Source: an uncultured Collinsella sp.
GTDB lineage: Bacteria; Actinomycetota; Coriobacteriia; Coriobacteriales; Coriobacteriaceae
Assembly: GCA_902490405.1 (NCBI GenBank)
Contig: CABUDS010000010.1
Location: forward strand, 142-64,141
DNA length: 64,000 bases
Direction: 5' to 3'
The notes below the pieces were generated by a model, which did not search any database, was not told the origin of the DNA, and was given only the letters and a program-made list of their open reading frames with translations. Positions 1-9,445 of the stretch are shown piece by piece. A program made the position numbers and the translations under genes. Position 1 is the first letter of the stretch. Every line of letters starts with the position of its first letter.

Positions 1-49
1 GTAAAGACGACAGACGCAAGAAGCGGCTCAGAAGCTAAACGAGGTAAGC

Positions 50-1189
50 ATGGAACTCGACAAACAACAGATCAAGCGGCTGCGCGAGCGTCATCATCGT
101 CGTCACGGTATACGCCCTGCACACAGCGAGGCCATGGAGAATGCCACCCGTTTCCTTAAGCAGGCGTTCAACATACGCGAGGGACGCGCGCCCTATCACG
201 TGATTCGCAAGCGCTTTGTAAACGGGGCGCGCCTGACTGGCTCGCACTTATGCATCCTGATCATTGCCATGTTGATCGCGAGCATCGGCCTCGATATCGA
301 CTCGGACATTGCCATCGTGGGCGCCATGCTCATCTGTCCGCTCATGGGCTCGGTCCTTGCCATGGCATACGGCATCGCCACGCTCGACCGCGAGATTGCC
401 GTCGAGGCAATTGCCGGCCTCGCGCTGCAGATGGTCTTTTGTCTAATCACGTCCACGCTGTACTTTAAGCTCTCGCCCCTTGGCACCACCACGGCCGCCA
501 TCATCGACAACTCGACACCGACTGTGTGGGACCTTGCCGTCGCGCTCGCGGGCGGCTTTGCGGGCGGACTGGGCAACTCGCGCGACCAGGAACCCGCCAC
601 GCTCATCGCCGGCGTGGCCGTGGCGACCGCGCTCATGCCGCCCCTGTGCGCGGCGGGCTATGGCATCGCCATCGCAAGCGGGTCGCTGTTTCTCTCGGCC
701 CTCTACGAGTTTGGCATCAACGTGGTCTTTATCGCACTGGCTGCCGAAGCCGTGCTGCTTCTTTTGCGCGTGCCGCTCAAGCGCGACCTCAACGGCGACG
801 GCATTGTGACCGCCGAGGAAAATGCCGAGGTCGATGAGCTGTCACACAAGGTGCGCCGCCGCATCATCGTGGGCACGGTGATCTTTGCCATCCCCTGCAT
901 CGTTATGACCGCGGGATCCATTGGCTCGGCGCAGGCCGGCGTGCAGGACGGCTATGGCGTCACCGAAACCACGCGCGAGCTTGCCGCGGTGCTGCCGGGC
1001 TTTAAGGATTACACCGTTGCCGTCGAGACCTCGGCCACCGAAGGCGAGGAGGAGGGTATCGTCGAGCGCGAGGTTGTCGCCCATGTGACGACAAGCGAGG
1101 CGCTTGGGGCACACGACCGCCGTGTAGCCCGCAAGCTCATCGACCTCAATGTGCCCGAGCTCGATCGCGTGGAGTTTGATGTGCAGTAA
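50..1189 (+). CDS. DUF389 / TIGR00341-family integral membrane protein
   Basis: 379-aa ORF with a GAGG RBS ~6 nt before the ATG. Several hydrophobic helices (LIIAMLIASIGLDIDSDIAIVGAMLICPLMG...) typical of DUF389 proteins. Confidence 0.7.
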   Translation: MELDKQQIKRLRERHHRRHGIRPAHSEAMENATRFLKQAFNIREGRAPYHVIRKRFVNGARLTGSHLCILIIAMLIASIGLDIDSDIAIVGAMLICPLMGSVLAMAYGIATLDREIAVEAIAGLALQMVFCLITSTLYFKLSPLGTTTAAIIDNSTPTVWDLAVALAGGFAGGLGNSRDQEPATLIAGVAVATALMPPLCAAGYGIAIASGSLFLSALYEFGINVVFIALAAEAVLLLLRVPLKRDLNGDGIVTAEENAEVDELSHKVRRRIIVGTVIFAIPCIVMTAGSIGSAQAGVQDGYGVTETTRELAAVLPGFKDYTVAVETSATEGEEEGIVEREVVAHVTTSEALGAHDRRVARKLIDLNVPELDRVEFDVQ

Positions 1190-1314
1190 TACGCGACGTG
1201 GGATGGATGCGCGCAGCCGCGAGTCACGACATGGCGCAGACGTGACGCGGGCCACGAGCAAATAGCGGGACGCGGTCCATGGCCGCGCTCCGCTCGCTGA
1301 TTTATTGCCGTGAA

Positions 1315-1764
1315 TCAGCTGTCCGCATCGACATCGCCAGACTCCACTGTAAACGCCGGACCGGTACTCACCAGATAAAAACGGGTCACCCTGGTATCTC
1401 TAAATAGGTAGAGCAAGCCCTGATCGCGTCGGCGCGAAATATACGCCACGTGGACCGTACCGAATTCTTCGCCGTTTTCATTCTTTAACACCAGAATGTT
1501 GGGGTCGTCCATACGCTCGAACTGTCCATCAACGCAGTTGCCGCCCTTGCCGACCAGTTGCCACCGATGGTTATCCTCCTCAAGAAAGGCCAGAGTTTCC
1601 AGACTTGTTTTGTCATCCCGATAGTAACCATCAATGGCAAAGCCTTCGGAAACGCATTCCTGCATATAGGATGTTTCTCGATTTATAGCAAACTGCCCTG
1701 CAACGCCCAGGAGCACAGCCAGGCAAACCACCGCAAGGGTTATCGAGACAAAACGGCGGCTCAT
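1315..1764 (-). CDS. hypothetical membrane-anchored or secreted protein
   Basis: 149-aa ORF with an N-terminal signal/TM segment (MSRRFVSITLAVVCLAVLLGVAG). I recognise no family. GC is locally lower. Confidence 0.5.
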   Translation of the reverse strand: MSRRFVSITLAVVCLAVLLGVAGQFAINRETSYMQECVSEGFAIDGYYRDDKTSLETLAFLEEDNHRWQLVGKGGNCVDGQFERMDDPNILVLKNENGEEFGTVHVAYISRRRDQGLLYLFRDTRVTRFYLVSTGPAFTVESGDVDADS

Positions 1765-1964
1765 GTTAGCCAGCCCGGTACTTGTTTAGCGGAGCACGAA
1801 ACATACTTGGAACCTCCGATATCAGCGCAAACGCCACCTACGGCCTGCCGGCAATCATATGTTTCCAACATCAAACCATATGGCAACCACTCGCGAGAGG
1901 CGTATCGGCGAACGGTGCGTTTTTGCGCTCCATTGGCCAAACGTCAACGCGCACTACAGCTCTT

Positions 1965-2005
1965 GCTCGACCTATTCAGATCTTGTCGCATACTACCGTA
2001 GATCC
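1965..2005 (+). repeat. solo half-copy (about 83% identical) of the right-arm region of the 3164-3297 palindromic element
   Basis: gctcgacctattcagatcttgtcgcatactaccgtagatcc aligns with gctcggcctattcaaattttgccgcatacttccgaaatcc at 3258-3297 (34 of 41 positions). Same orientation, so the two copies flank the hbd-like gene. Confidence 0.7.
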
Positions 2006-2034
2006 CCAACGCTTCCACCCCCAAGAGATCATTT

Positions 2035-2994
2035 TTAGTACGTAAAGAAGCCCTCGCCCGAGCTTTCGCCCAGCTTACCTTCGTCGAGCATTTTCTTGAG
2101 GACGGAGGCCATGGCCTTAAAGTTGTAGGGCATCATCATCTTTTTGAGCAGCGGGCTCACCAAGCCCGGGACCTTTTGGTACTGCATGACGATGTTGTAC
2201 GCCGTCTGGATGCCCACGGTGTCGAACACGCGGAACGGCCCCTTGGGAGCGCCGGTGCCGCGCGTCCACGCGAGGTCGACGCTCTTGGGGTCACTCACAC
2301 CCGAGACATACAGGTCAAGGCCCGAAAGCAGCCACGGCACCAACATGGAATTGAGCAGGTAGCCGTTCTTTTCCTTGTTGACGGGCAGGGCAAGCATGCG
2401 GATGTCGTTGGCAAAGTCGACGAGCTCGTCGAAGTAGCGCTTGTCGGTTTGGTCCTGTGCCATGACCTCGGTCATGTTGTTCTTCCAGATAGAGTTGGCA
2501 AAGTGCAGCGACAGGTACTTCTCGGGACGGCCGGTGTACTTGGCAAAGGTGCTCGGCAGCAGCGTGGATGAGTTGGTCACGATGACGGTCTTTTGCGGCA
2601 GAACCGGGGCGAGCTTCTTGTAGAAGTCGATCTTTGCCTGGGTGTCCTCGGCCATAGACTCGATGACCAGGTCGGCGTCGGCCACGGCCTTGGCAAGATC
2701 GAGCTCCAGCTTGAGTGTGGAGTAGGCACGCTCGACGGCGGCGAGCGCCGCTTCCTTGTCGAAGGGCTGGGTGCCATCGGCGATACCGGCGCACCACTCG
2801 CCCGTGCCGTCCGCCATGCCCTCGATTGCCGCGATGTACTCCTTGCGCACGTGATCGATCTTGGGCTGGGTGCGGCCGATGCTGCCCTCGCTGCGCAGCC
2901 AAATCGTTACATCAAAGCCGCAGTAGGCAGCCTGAAAGGCAATCTGGCTTCCCAACACGCCGCCGCCGGCAACACAAACGGTCTTGTAGCTCAT
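2035..2994 (-). CDS. 3-hydroxyacyl-CoA (3-hydroxybutyryl-CoA-type) dehydrogenase, NAD-binding
   Basis: 319 aa. N-terminal Rossmann motif VCVAGGGVLGSQIAFQAAYCGFDVTIW. AGAGAGGG RBS. Length and layout fit the Hbd/HADH family. Confidence 0.85.
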   Translation of the reverse strand: MSYKTVCVAGGGVLGSQIAFQAAYCGFDVTIWLRSEGSIGRTQPKIDHVRKEYIAAIEGMADGTGEWCAGIADGTQPFDKEAALAAVERAYSTLKLELDLAKAVADADLVIESMAEDTQAKIDFYKKLAPVLPQKTVIVTNSSTLLPSTFAKYTGRPEKYLSLHFANSIWKNNMTEVMAQDQTDKRYFDELVDFANDIRMLALPVNKEKNGYLLNSMLVPWLLSGLDLYVSGVSDPKSVDLAWTRGTGAPKGPFRVFDTVGIQTAYNIVMQYQKVPGLVSPLLKKMMMPYNFKAMASVLKKMLDEGKLGESSGEGFFTY

Positions 2995-3163
2995 GGAACG
3001 GCCCTCTCTTACGTAATTCCATAGATGTGTATTTATTCAACCGTAAGGATGACGCACGCTGGGGGTGGGTTCTATAAACGGGCGGTATTTCGCGGCAAAC
3101 GGCTACATATGTTCATTATCTCAGGGGTTCCGAGGGCAGTTTTTGGTGCCACCGAGACGTTGT

Positions 3164-3294
3164 TTTCGGAAGTATGCGGCAAATTCCGGAGCCCTCGAGC
3201 ACACCCCGGTTTTTCACCAATAAAACCGCAGGTACAAAGCTTGGGCATATCCAGTGTGCTCGGCCTATTCAAATTTTGCCGCATACTTCCGAAA
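3164..3294. repeat. nested palindromic intergenic element (20-bp perfect outer arms)
   Basis: tttcggaagtatgcggcaaa (3164-3183) is the exact reverse complement of tttgccgcatacttccgaaa (3275-3294). Inner 9-bp stem cgagcacac / gtgtgctcg (3196-3204 / 3254-3262). Confidence 0.8.
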
Positions 3295-3343
3295 TCCAAG
3301 TTCGCAGAGGGTGATAGTTGGACCGTTTACGCAACAGATGTCC

Positions 3344-3383
3344 AGTAAAAACGGGTGGTAACCGGTACGGCTGCCACCCGTTT
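3344..3383 (-). terminator. rho-independent terminator after the 1600-aa gene
   Basis: The minus strand reads AACGGGTGG-loop-CCACCCGTT followed by TTTTAC, about 30 nt after the stop at 3412. Confidence 0.6.
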
Positions 3384-3411
3384 GTCCCATATCTAGCCCA
3401 TAGCAGGCCAG

Positions 3412-6400
3412 TTACTTCTTAATGCCGCGTCCCAGGCGCTCGGCGACCGATGCCACGGCCTCCTCGCTGGCCGGCCCGCAGCTCACACAGCCGTCATGAG
3501 CACGCATCTGGCCGGTGACCTCGTCCATCGCGAGCGGCGCCACCTTCTCGAGCTTAAAGCCCTTACCGGCGCGCATGTTCTCCTTGGCCACGCTGATCAT
3601 GAGCTTAATACGGTTGAGCTGGTTGACCTCGGACGCGCCGGGGTCGTAGTCCACCGCGACGATGTTGCTCTCGGGATGTTGGCGGCGCAGCTCCTTGATT
3701 ACGGCCTTGCCCACCACGTGATTGGGCAGGCACGCGAAGGGCTGCGTGCAGATGATGTTGGGCGCACCGTGATCGATCAGGTCGAGCATCTCGGCCGTGA
3801 GCAGCCAGCCCTCGCCCATGTTGTTGCACACCGAAAGCACCGTGCGGGCCTTGTCGGCCATGGTGCCGATGCGCTCGGGCGCCTCAAAGCGGCGGGACTT
3901 CTCGAGCATCTCCTCCACCGGCGTGCGCATCCAGTCCACCAGCTTGATGAGCGCCTGCATGCCCGCGCGCGTAGTGGGAGAGCTTCCCAGCTCGTCCTTC
4001 TGCAGCTCGGCGTTGCTCATGGAGTACAGGAAGAAGTCGAGCAGGCCCGGCACCACGGCCTCGCAGCCCTCGCGCTCGATAACGTCGACCACGTGGTTGT
4101 TGGCCGTGGGATGGAACTTGACCAAGATCTCGCCGACCACGCCCACGCGCGGCTTGGTGCCCTCGCCCACGAGCGGCATGGAGTCGAACGCGCGGATGGC
4201 CTCGCGGCACAGCTTGGTGTAGTTATGCCTGTTGAACTTGGGCGCCAGCTTGCGGGCGCGCGCCATGTACTCCTCGTAGAGTGCGTTCGCCGCACCGGGC
4301 GTTGCCTCGTACGGGCGGCAACGATAGAGCATCTGCATCATCACGTCGCCAAAGAGCACCGCGTAGACTGCCTGCTTAAGCAGCGCCGGCGTAATCTTAA
4401 AGCCGGGGTTGTCCTCGCCCAGCGCCACGGCCGAAAGCGAGATCACCGGAATCTCGGGGTGGCCGCTCTCGCGCAGGGCCTTGCGGATAAGCGCGATGTA
4501 GTTGGTGGCACGGCAGCCACCGCCGGTCTGGCTGATGACCACGGCTGTCTTGGACAGGTCGTACCGACCGCTCTCGATGGCCTCCATGATCTGACCCGTC
4601 ACCAGGATCGACGGATAGCAGATGTCGTTGTTCACATAGCGCAGACCGGCCTCGACGGCATCGTGGTCAGTCGAGGGCAGCAGCTCCAGGTTGTAGCCGG
4701 CACCGCGGAACACCTCTTTGACCAGGTCAAAGTGGATCGGCGCCATCTGCGGGCACAGGATGGTGTAACCCTCCTCGCGCATCTGCTCGGTAAAGGGCAC
4801 CTTGGGCCATGCGGTCGAGGCGCTCTCACGCTGCGCCTCGAACGTGTACTTGCGGCTCGCGAATGCGGGAGCATCCATGGAGGGTGCCACCGGCGCGGCG
4901 TCGCCCTGCTCGTAGGCCTCGCCCGCTGCCGTAGCCTCGGCCAAGCGCTCGGCCTCCTGGTCCTTGAGCGCCGCCATGAGCGAGCGGATGCGGATGCGCG
5001 CAGCGCCCAGGTTGGACACCTCGTCGATCTTGAGCACGGTGTAGATCTTGCCGCTGGCCTCAAGGATTTCCTGCACCTGGTCGGTGGTCAGAGCGTCCAG
5101 GCCACAGCCGAAGGAATTGAGCTGGATCAGATCCAGGTCGTTGCGCATCGTCACAAAACGGGCGACGGCATACAGGCGGCTGTGGTACATCCACTGGTCG
5201 ACGACGCGAATCGGACGCTCAGGCTTTACCAGGTGCGCGAGCGAATCCTCGGTAAAGACCGCAAAGCCAAAGCTCGAGATAAGCTCGGGCAGGGCATGGT
5301 TGATCTCGGGGTCGTTATGGTAGGGACGACCGGCGAGCACGATGCCGTGACCGCCGTGGTCCTCGACCCACTTAAGAGCCTCCTCGCCCATGGTCTGGAT
5401 GTCCTCATGGAAACGCGCATCGGCCTCAAAGGCAGCGTTGACAGCGGCATCGACCTCGGAGCGCGTGATCTTGGGCCCACGCACGCGACCGCGACCGGCT
5501 TGCGCATCGGCCACACGGTCGACGGCGAGCACCTGGTACAGACGGCGCTTGAGCTCGGTCTTGTCATGATACGGCACAAACGGATACAGGAACTCGATGT
5601 TCTGCTCGCGAATCTCGTCGATGTTGAGCGCCAACGCCGTGGGGTAACTCATGACGATGGGACAGTTATAGCAGTTGCCAGCTGTCGGATCCTCCTTGCG
5701 CTCCCAGCGCACGCACGGCATCCAGATGAAATCGACGTCGCGGTCAATGAGGTTCATCACGTGGCCGTGGCTCATCTTGGCCGGATAGCACACGCTCTCG
5801 GACGGCATGGACTCGATGCCCGCCTGGTAGGTCTTCTTGCTCGACTGGTCGGACAGCTGCACGCTAAAGCCCAGGCGCGTAAAGAACGCATGCCAGAAGG
5901 GGTAGTTCTCGTACATGTTGAGTGCGCGCGGAATACCCACGGTGCCGCGCGGGGCCTCGTCGGGGCTCAGCACCTCGCGGTTAAAGAGCAGCTCGTTTTT
6001 CTTTTTGAAGAGGTTGGGGGCCTCGGTCTTCTGCTTTTTGTGGCCGGCGCCCTTCTCGCAGCGGTTACCGGTAATGAAGCGCCTACCGCCGCCAAAGTCG
6101 TTGACGGTAAGCTGGCAGTTGTTGGAGCAGCGACCGCAGCGGACATGCTTTTGCGTCACGGTGAGGTGCGCGATGTCCTCGGCAGAAAGGATGGTCGAGG
6201 TGCCGTCGGCGCCGGCGCGATCGCGGGCGAGCAGGGCCGCACCGTAGGCGCCCATGCAGCCGGCGATGTCGGGACGCACGGCATGCACGCCGGTGAGCTG
6301 CTCAAATGCGCGCAGCGTGGCATCGGACATAAAGGTGCCGCCCTGGACGATCACCTGGCTGCCGATCTCCTTGGGGTCGCGCAGCTTAATGACCTTGAAC

Positions 6401-8214
6401 AGGGCATTCTTGATGACGGAATAGGACAGGCCGGCCGCGATGTCACCCACCGTGGCGCCTTCCTTTTGCGCCTGCTTGACGCGCGAGTTCATAAAGACCG
6501 TGCAGCGGCTGCCCAGGTCGACGGGGGCCTTGGCATGGATGGCGGCATCGGCAAACGCGCGCACGTCCATGTTCATAGACACGGCGAAACTCTCGATAAA
6601 GCTGCCGCAGCCCGACGAGCAGGCCTCGTTGAGCATGATGTGCTCAATCACGCCGTCCTTGACGCGCAAGCACTTCATGTCCTGGCCGCCGATGTCCAGG
6701 ATAAACTCGACGCCGGGCAGGAATGCCTTGGCGCCGCGCAGGTGCGCGACGGTCTCGATCTCGCCGGAATCGGCCTTGAGGGCCTCGATGAGCAGCGCCT
6801 CGCCGTAACCCGTGGTGGTCACGTGGCCGATGGTGCAGCCGGCGGGGATGTGATTGTAGAAATCGGCCATGATGACCTTGGCCGTGCCCAGGATGTCGCC
6901 GTTGTTGTTGCCGTACCAGGTGTGCAGCAGCTGGCCATCCTCGCCCACGAGCGCGGCTTTCATGGTGGTAGAGCCGGCGTCGATACCGATGAACACGCGG
7001 CCGGTGTAGCCGTCGAGCTTGCCCTTGGGGACGACCTCGGTGTCGTGGCGGGTCTTGAACTCGGCAAAGTCCTCGTCGGTGGCAAAAAGCGGATCCAGGC
7101 GCTCGACCTCGGCACCCTGCGTGTCGCCCAAGCTGTCGATGGCCTCGATAAGCTGCGGGAACGTGCTGAGCTTGTTGGACTCGTGCGCCATGGCGGCGCC
7201 GCTCGCCACAAACAGGTGGGCGTTTTGGGGCACAATGCGGTGCTCCTCGTCCAGGTTGAGCGTGAGGTAGAAGCGGTGGCGCAGCTCGGAGAGGTACTGC
7301 AGCGGGCCGCCCAGGAAGGCGACGTTGCCGCGGATGGGGCGGCCGCACGCCAGGCCCGAGATGGTCTGGGTCACGACGGCTTGGAAGATGGAGGCCGCCA
7401 CGTCCTCGGGGCGGGCACCCTCGTTGAGGAGCGGCTGCACATCGGTCTTGGCAAAGACGCCGCAGCGACTGGCGATGGGATAGATGGTGGTGGCGTTGGC
7501 CGCGAGCTCGTTGAGGCCGCTCGCGTCGGTGTGCAGCAGGGTTGCCATCTGATCGATGAACGCGCCCGTGCCGCCGGCGCAGGTACCGTTCATGCGCTGC
7601 TCGATGCCGTTGTCGAAGTAGATGATCTTGGCGTCCTCGCCGCCCAGCTCGATGGCGACGTCGGTGGCCGGGATGAGGGTCTCGACGGCGCGTTTGCTGG
7701 CGATGACCTCCTGGACAAACTCCAGCTCGAGCCACTGGGACAGTAGCAGGCCGCCCGAGCCGGTAATGGCGCAGGTCATTTGGGCCGTCGGCAGCACGGT
7801 TGCAGCACCCTCGAACAGGTCGCGGGCGCAGGCACGGACGTCGGTGTGGTGGCGCTGGTACTTGGCGTAGACGATCTGGTTGTCGTCGTTGAGCACAGCG
7901 AGCTTAACGGTGGTGGAGCCCACGTCGATGCCCAGGTGCAGGTTGCCGCGGGCGGCCTCGGGGTTGAAGATTGCGCCTTCGGGGGCGTGGACAGCGGTAG
8001 CGGCTACGGGATCTGCAGCGTTGGCCGCGGTTGCGTCAGTCGTTGCGCCGGCAACGAATGCCTCCCCCGCCGCGCTCTTAGCCTCGGCGACTTTCTCAGT
8101 GACTATCTCGGCAGCAGCGGTCGCCGCCTTCTGCGCGGCATCCGCCACGGCGGGCGCGGCCTCACGCGCGGCAGCGACCATACGGTCCTTAATGCCCTCG
8201 ACGAGTTTGCTCAT
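3412..8214 (-). CDS. giant fusion protein: two BcrAD/BadFG (HgdC-like) activase ATPase modules plus a DUF2229-like and a 2-hydroxyacyl-CoA dehydratase D-component-like region
   Basis: 1600-aa ORF with an AAGAGGAGAG RBS. Ala-rich N-terminus. Two actin-fold ATPase starts (GIDVGSTTVKLAVL at about aa 95, IGIDAGSTTMKAALV at about aa 410). Cys cluster CGRCSNNC. C-terminal ICTQPFACLPNHVVGKA-type region as in HgdB-like proteins. Confidence 0.9.
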   Translation of the reverse strand: MSKLVEGIKDRMVAAAREAAPAVADAAQKAATAAAEIVTEKVAEAKSAAGEAFVAGATTDATAANAADPVAATAVHAPEGAIFNPEAARGNLHLGIDVGSTTVKLAVLNDDNQIVYAKYQRHHTDVRACARDLFEGAATVLPTAQMTCAITGSGGLLLSQWLELEFVQEVIASKRAVETLIPATDVAIELGGEDAKIIYFDNGIEQRMNGTCAGGTGAFIDQMATLLHTDASGLNELAANATTIYPIASRCGVFAKTDVQPLLNEGARPEDVAASIFQAVVTQTISGLACGRPIRGNVAFLGGPLQYLSELRHRFYLTLNLDEEHRIVPQNAHLFVASGAAMAHESNKLSTFPQLIEAIDSLGDTQGAEVERLDPLFATDEDFAEFKTRHDTEVVPKGKLDGYTGRVFIGIDAGSTTMKAALVGEDGQLLHTWYGNNNGDILGTAKVIMADFYNHIPAGCTIGHVTTTGYGEALLIEALKADSGEIETVAHLRGAKAFLPGVEFILDIGGQDMKCLRVKDGVIEHIMLNEACSSGCGSFIESFAVSMNMDVRAFADAAIHAKAPVDLGSRCTVFMNSRVKQAQKEGATVGDIAAGLSYSVIKNALFKVIKLRDPKEIGSQVIVQGGTFMSDATLRAFEQLTGVHAVRPDIAGCMGAYGAALLARDRAGADGTSTILSAEDIAHLTVTQKHVRCGRCSNNCQLTVNDFGGGRRFITGNRCEKGAGHKKQKTEAPNLFKKKNELLFNREVLSPDEAPRGTVGIPRALNMYENYPFWHAFFTRLGFSVQLSDQSSKKTYQAGIESMPSESVCYPAKMSHGHVMNLIDRDVDFIWMPCVRWERKEDPTAGNCYNCPIVMSYPTALALNIDEIREQNIEFLYPFVPYHDKTELKRRLYQVLAVDRVADAQAGRGRVRGPKITRSEVDAAVNAAFEADARFHEDIQTMGEEALKWVEDHGGHGIVLAGRPYHNDPEINHALPELISSFGFAVFTEDSLAHLVKPERPIRVVDQWMYHSRLYAVARFVTMRNDLDLIQLNSFGCGLDALTTDQVQEILEASGKIYTVLKIDEVSNLGAARIRIRSLMAALKDQEAERLAEATAAGEAYEQGDAAPVAPSMDAPAFASRKYTFEAQRESASTAWPKVPFTEQMREEGYTILCPQMAPIHFDLVKEVFRGAGYNLELLPSTDHDAVEAGLRYVNNDICYPSILVTGQIMEAIESGRYDLSKTAVVISQTGGGCRATNYIALIRKALRESGHPEIPVISLSAVALGEDNPGFKITPALLKQAVYAVLFGDVMMQMLYRCRPYEATPGAANALYEEYMARARKLAPKFNRHNYTKLCREAIRAFDSMPLVGEGTKPRVGVVGEILVKFHPTANNHVVDVIEREGCEAVVPGLLDFFLYSMSNAELQKDELGSSPTTRAGMQALIKLVDWMRTPVEEMLEKSRRFEAPERIGTMADKARTVLSVCNNMGEGWLLTAEMLDLIDHGAPNIICTQPFACLPNHVVGKAVIKELRRQHPESNIVAVDYDPGASEVNQLNRIKLMISVAKENMRAGKGFKLEKVAPLAMDEVTGQMRAHDGCVSCGPASEEAVASVAERLGRGIKK

Positions 8215-8226
8215 CTGTCTCTCCTC

Positions 8227-8937
8227 TTAGTTATGGGACTCAACGGACACGGCGGTGTCGACCGCGTCTTCGAGCTGCAAGTTCAATAGCTTCATGCCGT
8301 ATTCCGGCACGTTGATATCGATGGGTTGGCCATACAAGTCGCCGGGACGCACAAAGGCGATAACCGTCATAATGCGTGCCATGGCCTCGGGCGATTCGGT
8401 GAGCCCACGCTCAAACCAGCGCTGAATCATGCCGACCTCGGCACTCACAACGTAGGTGACGTAGTAGTCAAAGAACGTACCCAGCGCTAGGCCCAAAATG
8501 CCCGTCTGCGCACGCGGCACCACAGCCTCACGCGCGGTGTCGATAATCCTTTTAATAAAGGCCTGGTCGCCGCCCGGACCCAGCAGCGCACCGATTAAGT
8601 CGCGGTTGGCCGCAAGATAACGCAGCAGATCAACCGAACCGGGCGCCGGCTCGAGCTCATCGATGTTGTGATAGAGATCGGGCAGCTGAGCTGCGGTGAT
8701 GAGCTCAATGCGCTCACGGATCTCGGCCAGCAAGCCGTCCTCGATTTGATTGATAAAGTCGGGGATATCGCGGTAATGCGAATAGAACGTGCGGCGCGTA
8801 AGGCCAGCGCGCTCGGTGAGCGACGCGACATTAATGCGCGAAAGGTCGCCGCTTTCGGCAAGCTCGCTGGCAAGTGCCTGGCGAAGGGCACGCTGCGAGC
8901 GAAGGGACCGGCGATCGCATTTCTCGAGCTGGGACAA
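8227..8937 (-). CDS. TetR/AcrR-family transcriptional regulator
   Basis: 236 aa. N-terminal HTH (INVASLTERAGLTRRTFYSHYRDI). TTG start behind AAGGAGG. Ends 12 nt before the giant gene, so probably co-transcribed. Confidence 0.85.
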   Translation of the reverse strand: MSQLEKCDRRSLRSQRALRQALASELAESGDLSRINVASLTERAGLTRRTFYSHYRDIPDFINQIEDGLLAEIRERIELITAAQLPDLYHNIDELEPAPGSVDLLRYLAANRDLIGALLGPGGDQAFIKRIIDTAREAVVPRAQTGILGLALGTFFDYYVTYVVSAEVGMIQRWFERGLTESPEAMARIMTVIAFVRPGDLYGQPIDINVPEYGMKLLNLQLEDAVDTAVSVESHN

Positions 8938-8958
8938 GCGTCCTCCTTGCTACTCAGC

Positions 8959-9003
8959 CTGTGCGCTATTGCACAGTGCGAGTATTATTGCACACCGTGT
9001 GCA
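8959..9003. promoter_or_regulatory. two small palindromes sharing TATTGCACA, candidate TetR operators
   Basis: ctgtgc-gctatt-gcacag (8959-8976) and tgcacac-c-gtgtgca (8989-9003), 20-65 nt upstream of the TetR start. Confidence 0.35.
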
Positions 9004-9029
9004 TCAACACGTAAAGGCAATATTTTGAT

Positions 9030-9058
9030 TGTGGCAAAGGGACTGTCTTTTTGTCACA
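9030..9058. repeat. degenerate copy of the TGTGACAAAGGGAC palindrome (J1)
   Basis: tgtggcaaagggactgtctttttgtcaca compared with the perfect copy at 9446-9474. Confidence 0.6.
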
Positions 9059-9192
9059 TTAGGTTGCGCTCAGCTTTTAGAAGCGACATTGCCGATTGTC
9101 CAAAATGTCATTCGTGGGTAGAATGGTGTCGACGGCAGCCCAAGTTCTGCAAAGCTGGGCAGCGCCGTTGCGTGGATTAAGGGGTCAACGCC

Positions 9193-9318
9193 TTAGCGGC
9201 GGCGACCCCTCTTTCGTTGCTTCGAGCGTTGCTTGAGTGCCTCGGAAAGTCCGATAAGCGTCGTAAGAAGCGAGACCAATGCGGTCAGGAGCCTCACGAA
9301 ATCAATCAAATCGGTCAT
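9193..9318 (-). CDS. 41-aa hydrophobic/basic small protein (type I toxin-like or holin-like architecture)
   Basis: Below the ORF-track length cutoff. ATG at 9318 sits 8 nt after GGGAGG. Hand translation: MTDLIDFVRLLTALVSLLTTLIGLSEALKQRSKQRKRGRRR, i.e. one TM helix plus a highly basic tail. TGATAGAAT extended -10 at 9383-9391 on the minus strand. Hairpin GGGGTC...GACCCC spans the stop codon. Confidence 0.4.
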   Translation of the reverse strand: MTDLIDFVRLLTALVSLLTTLIGLSEALKQRSKQRKRGRRR

Positions 9319-9445
9319 GGGCATCACCTCCCATCAGATGGAGGGCTCTGCCCGGCACATGGAACTGCCGCTAACAGCAACAATTCTATCAAAGCGCAGT
9401 TAAATATGCGAATATATGTTCGTGTTTAAAGAAGCTAGTCCCCAC

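Noticed and set aside
3496-7746. 1416-aa ORF on the plus strand, and similar long ORFs at 21089..22258(-), 32622..33719(-), 35562..37148(+), 59851..60975(+) and 60982..62532(+).
   Set aside because: All lie antisense to genes with clear family signatures. Their translations are Gly/Ala/Arg/Val/His/Asp-rich with no motifs. They are typical shadow ORFs of high-GC DNA.
9217-9429. 70-aa plus-strand ORF in the TetR-HAD spacer.
   Set aside because: It has no RBS and an odd composition. It lies antisense to the better-supported 41-aa minus-strand ORF, which has an SD, a promoter and a terminator.
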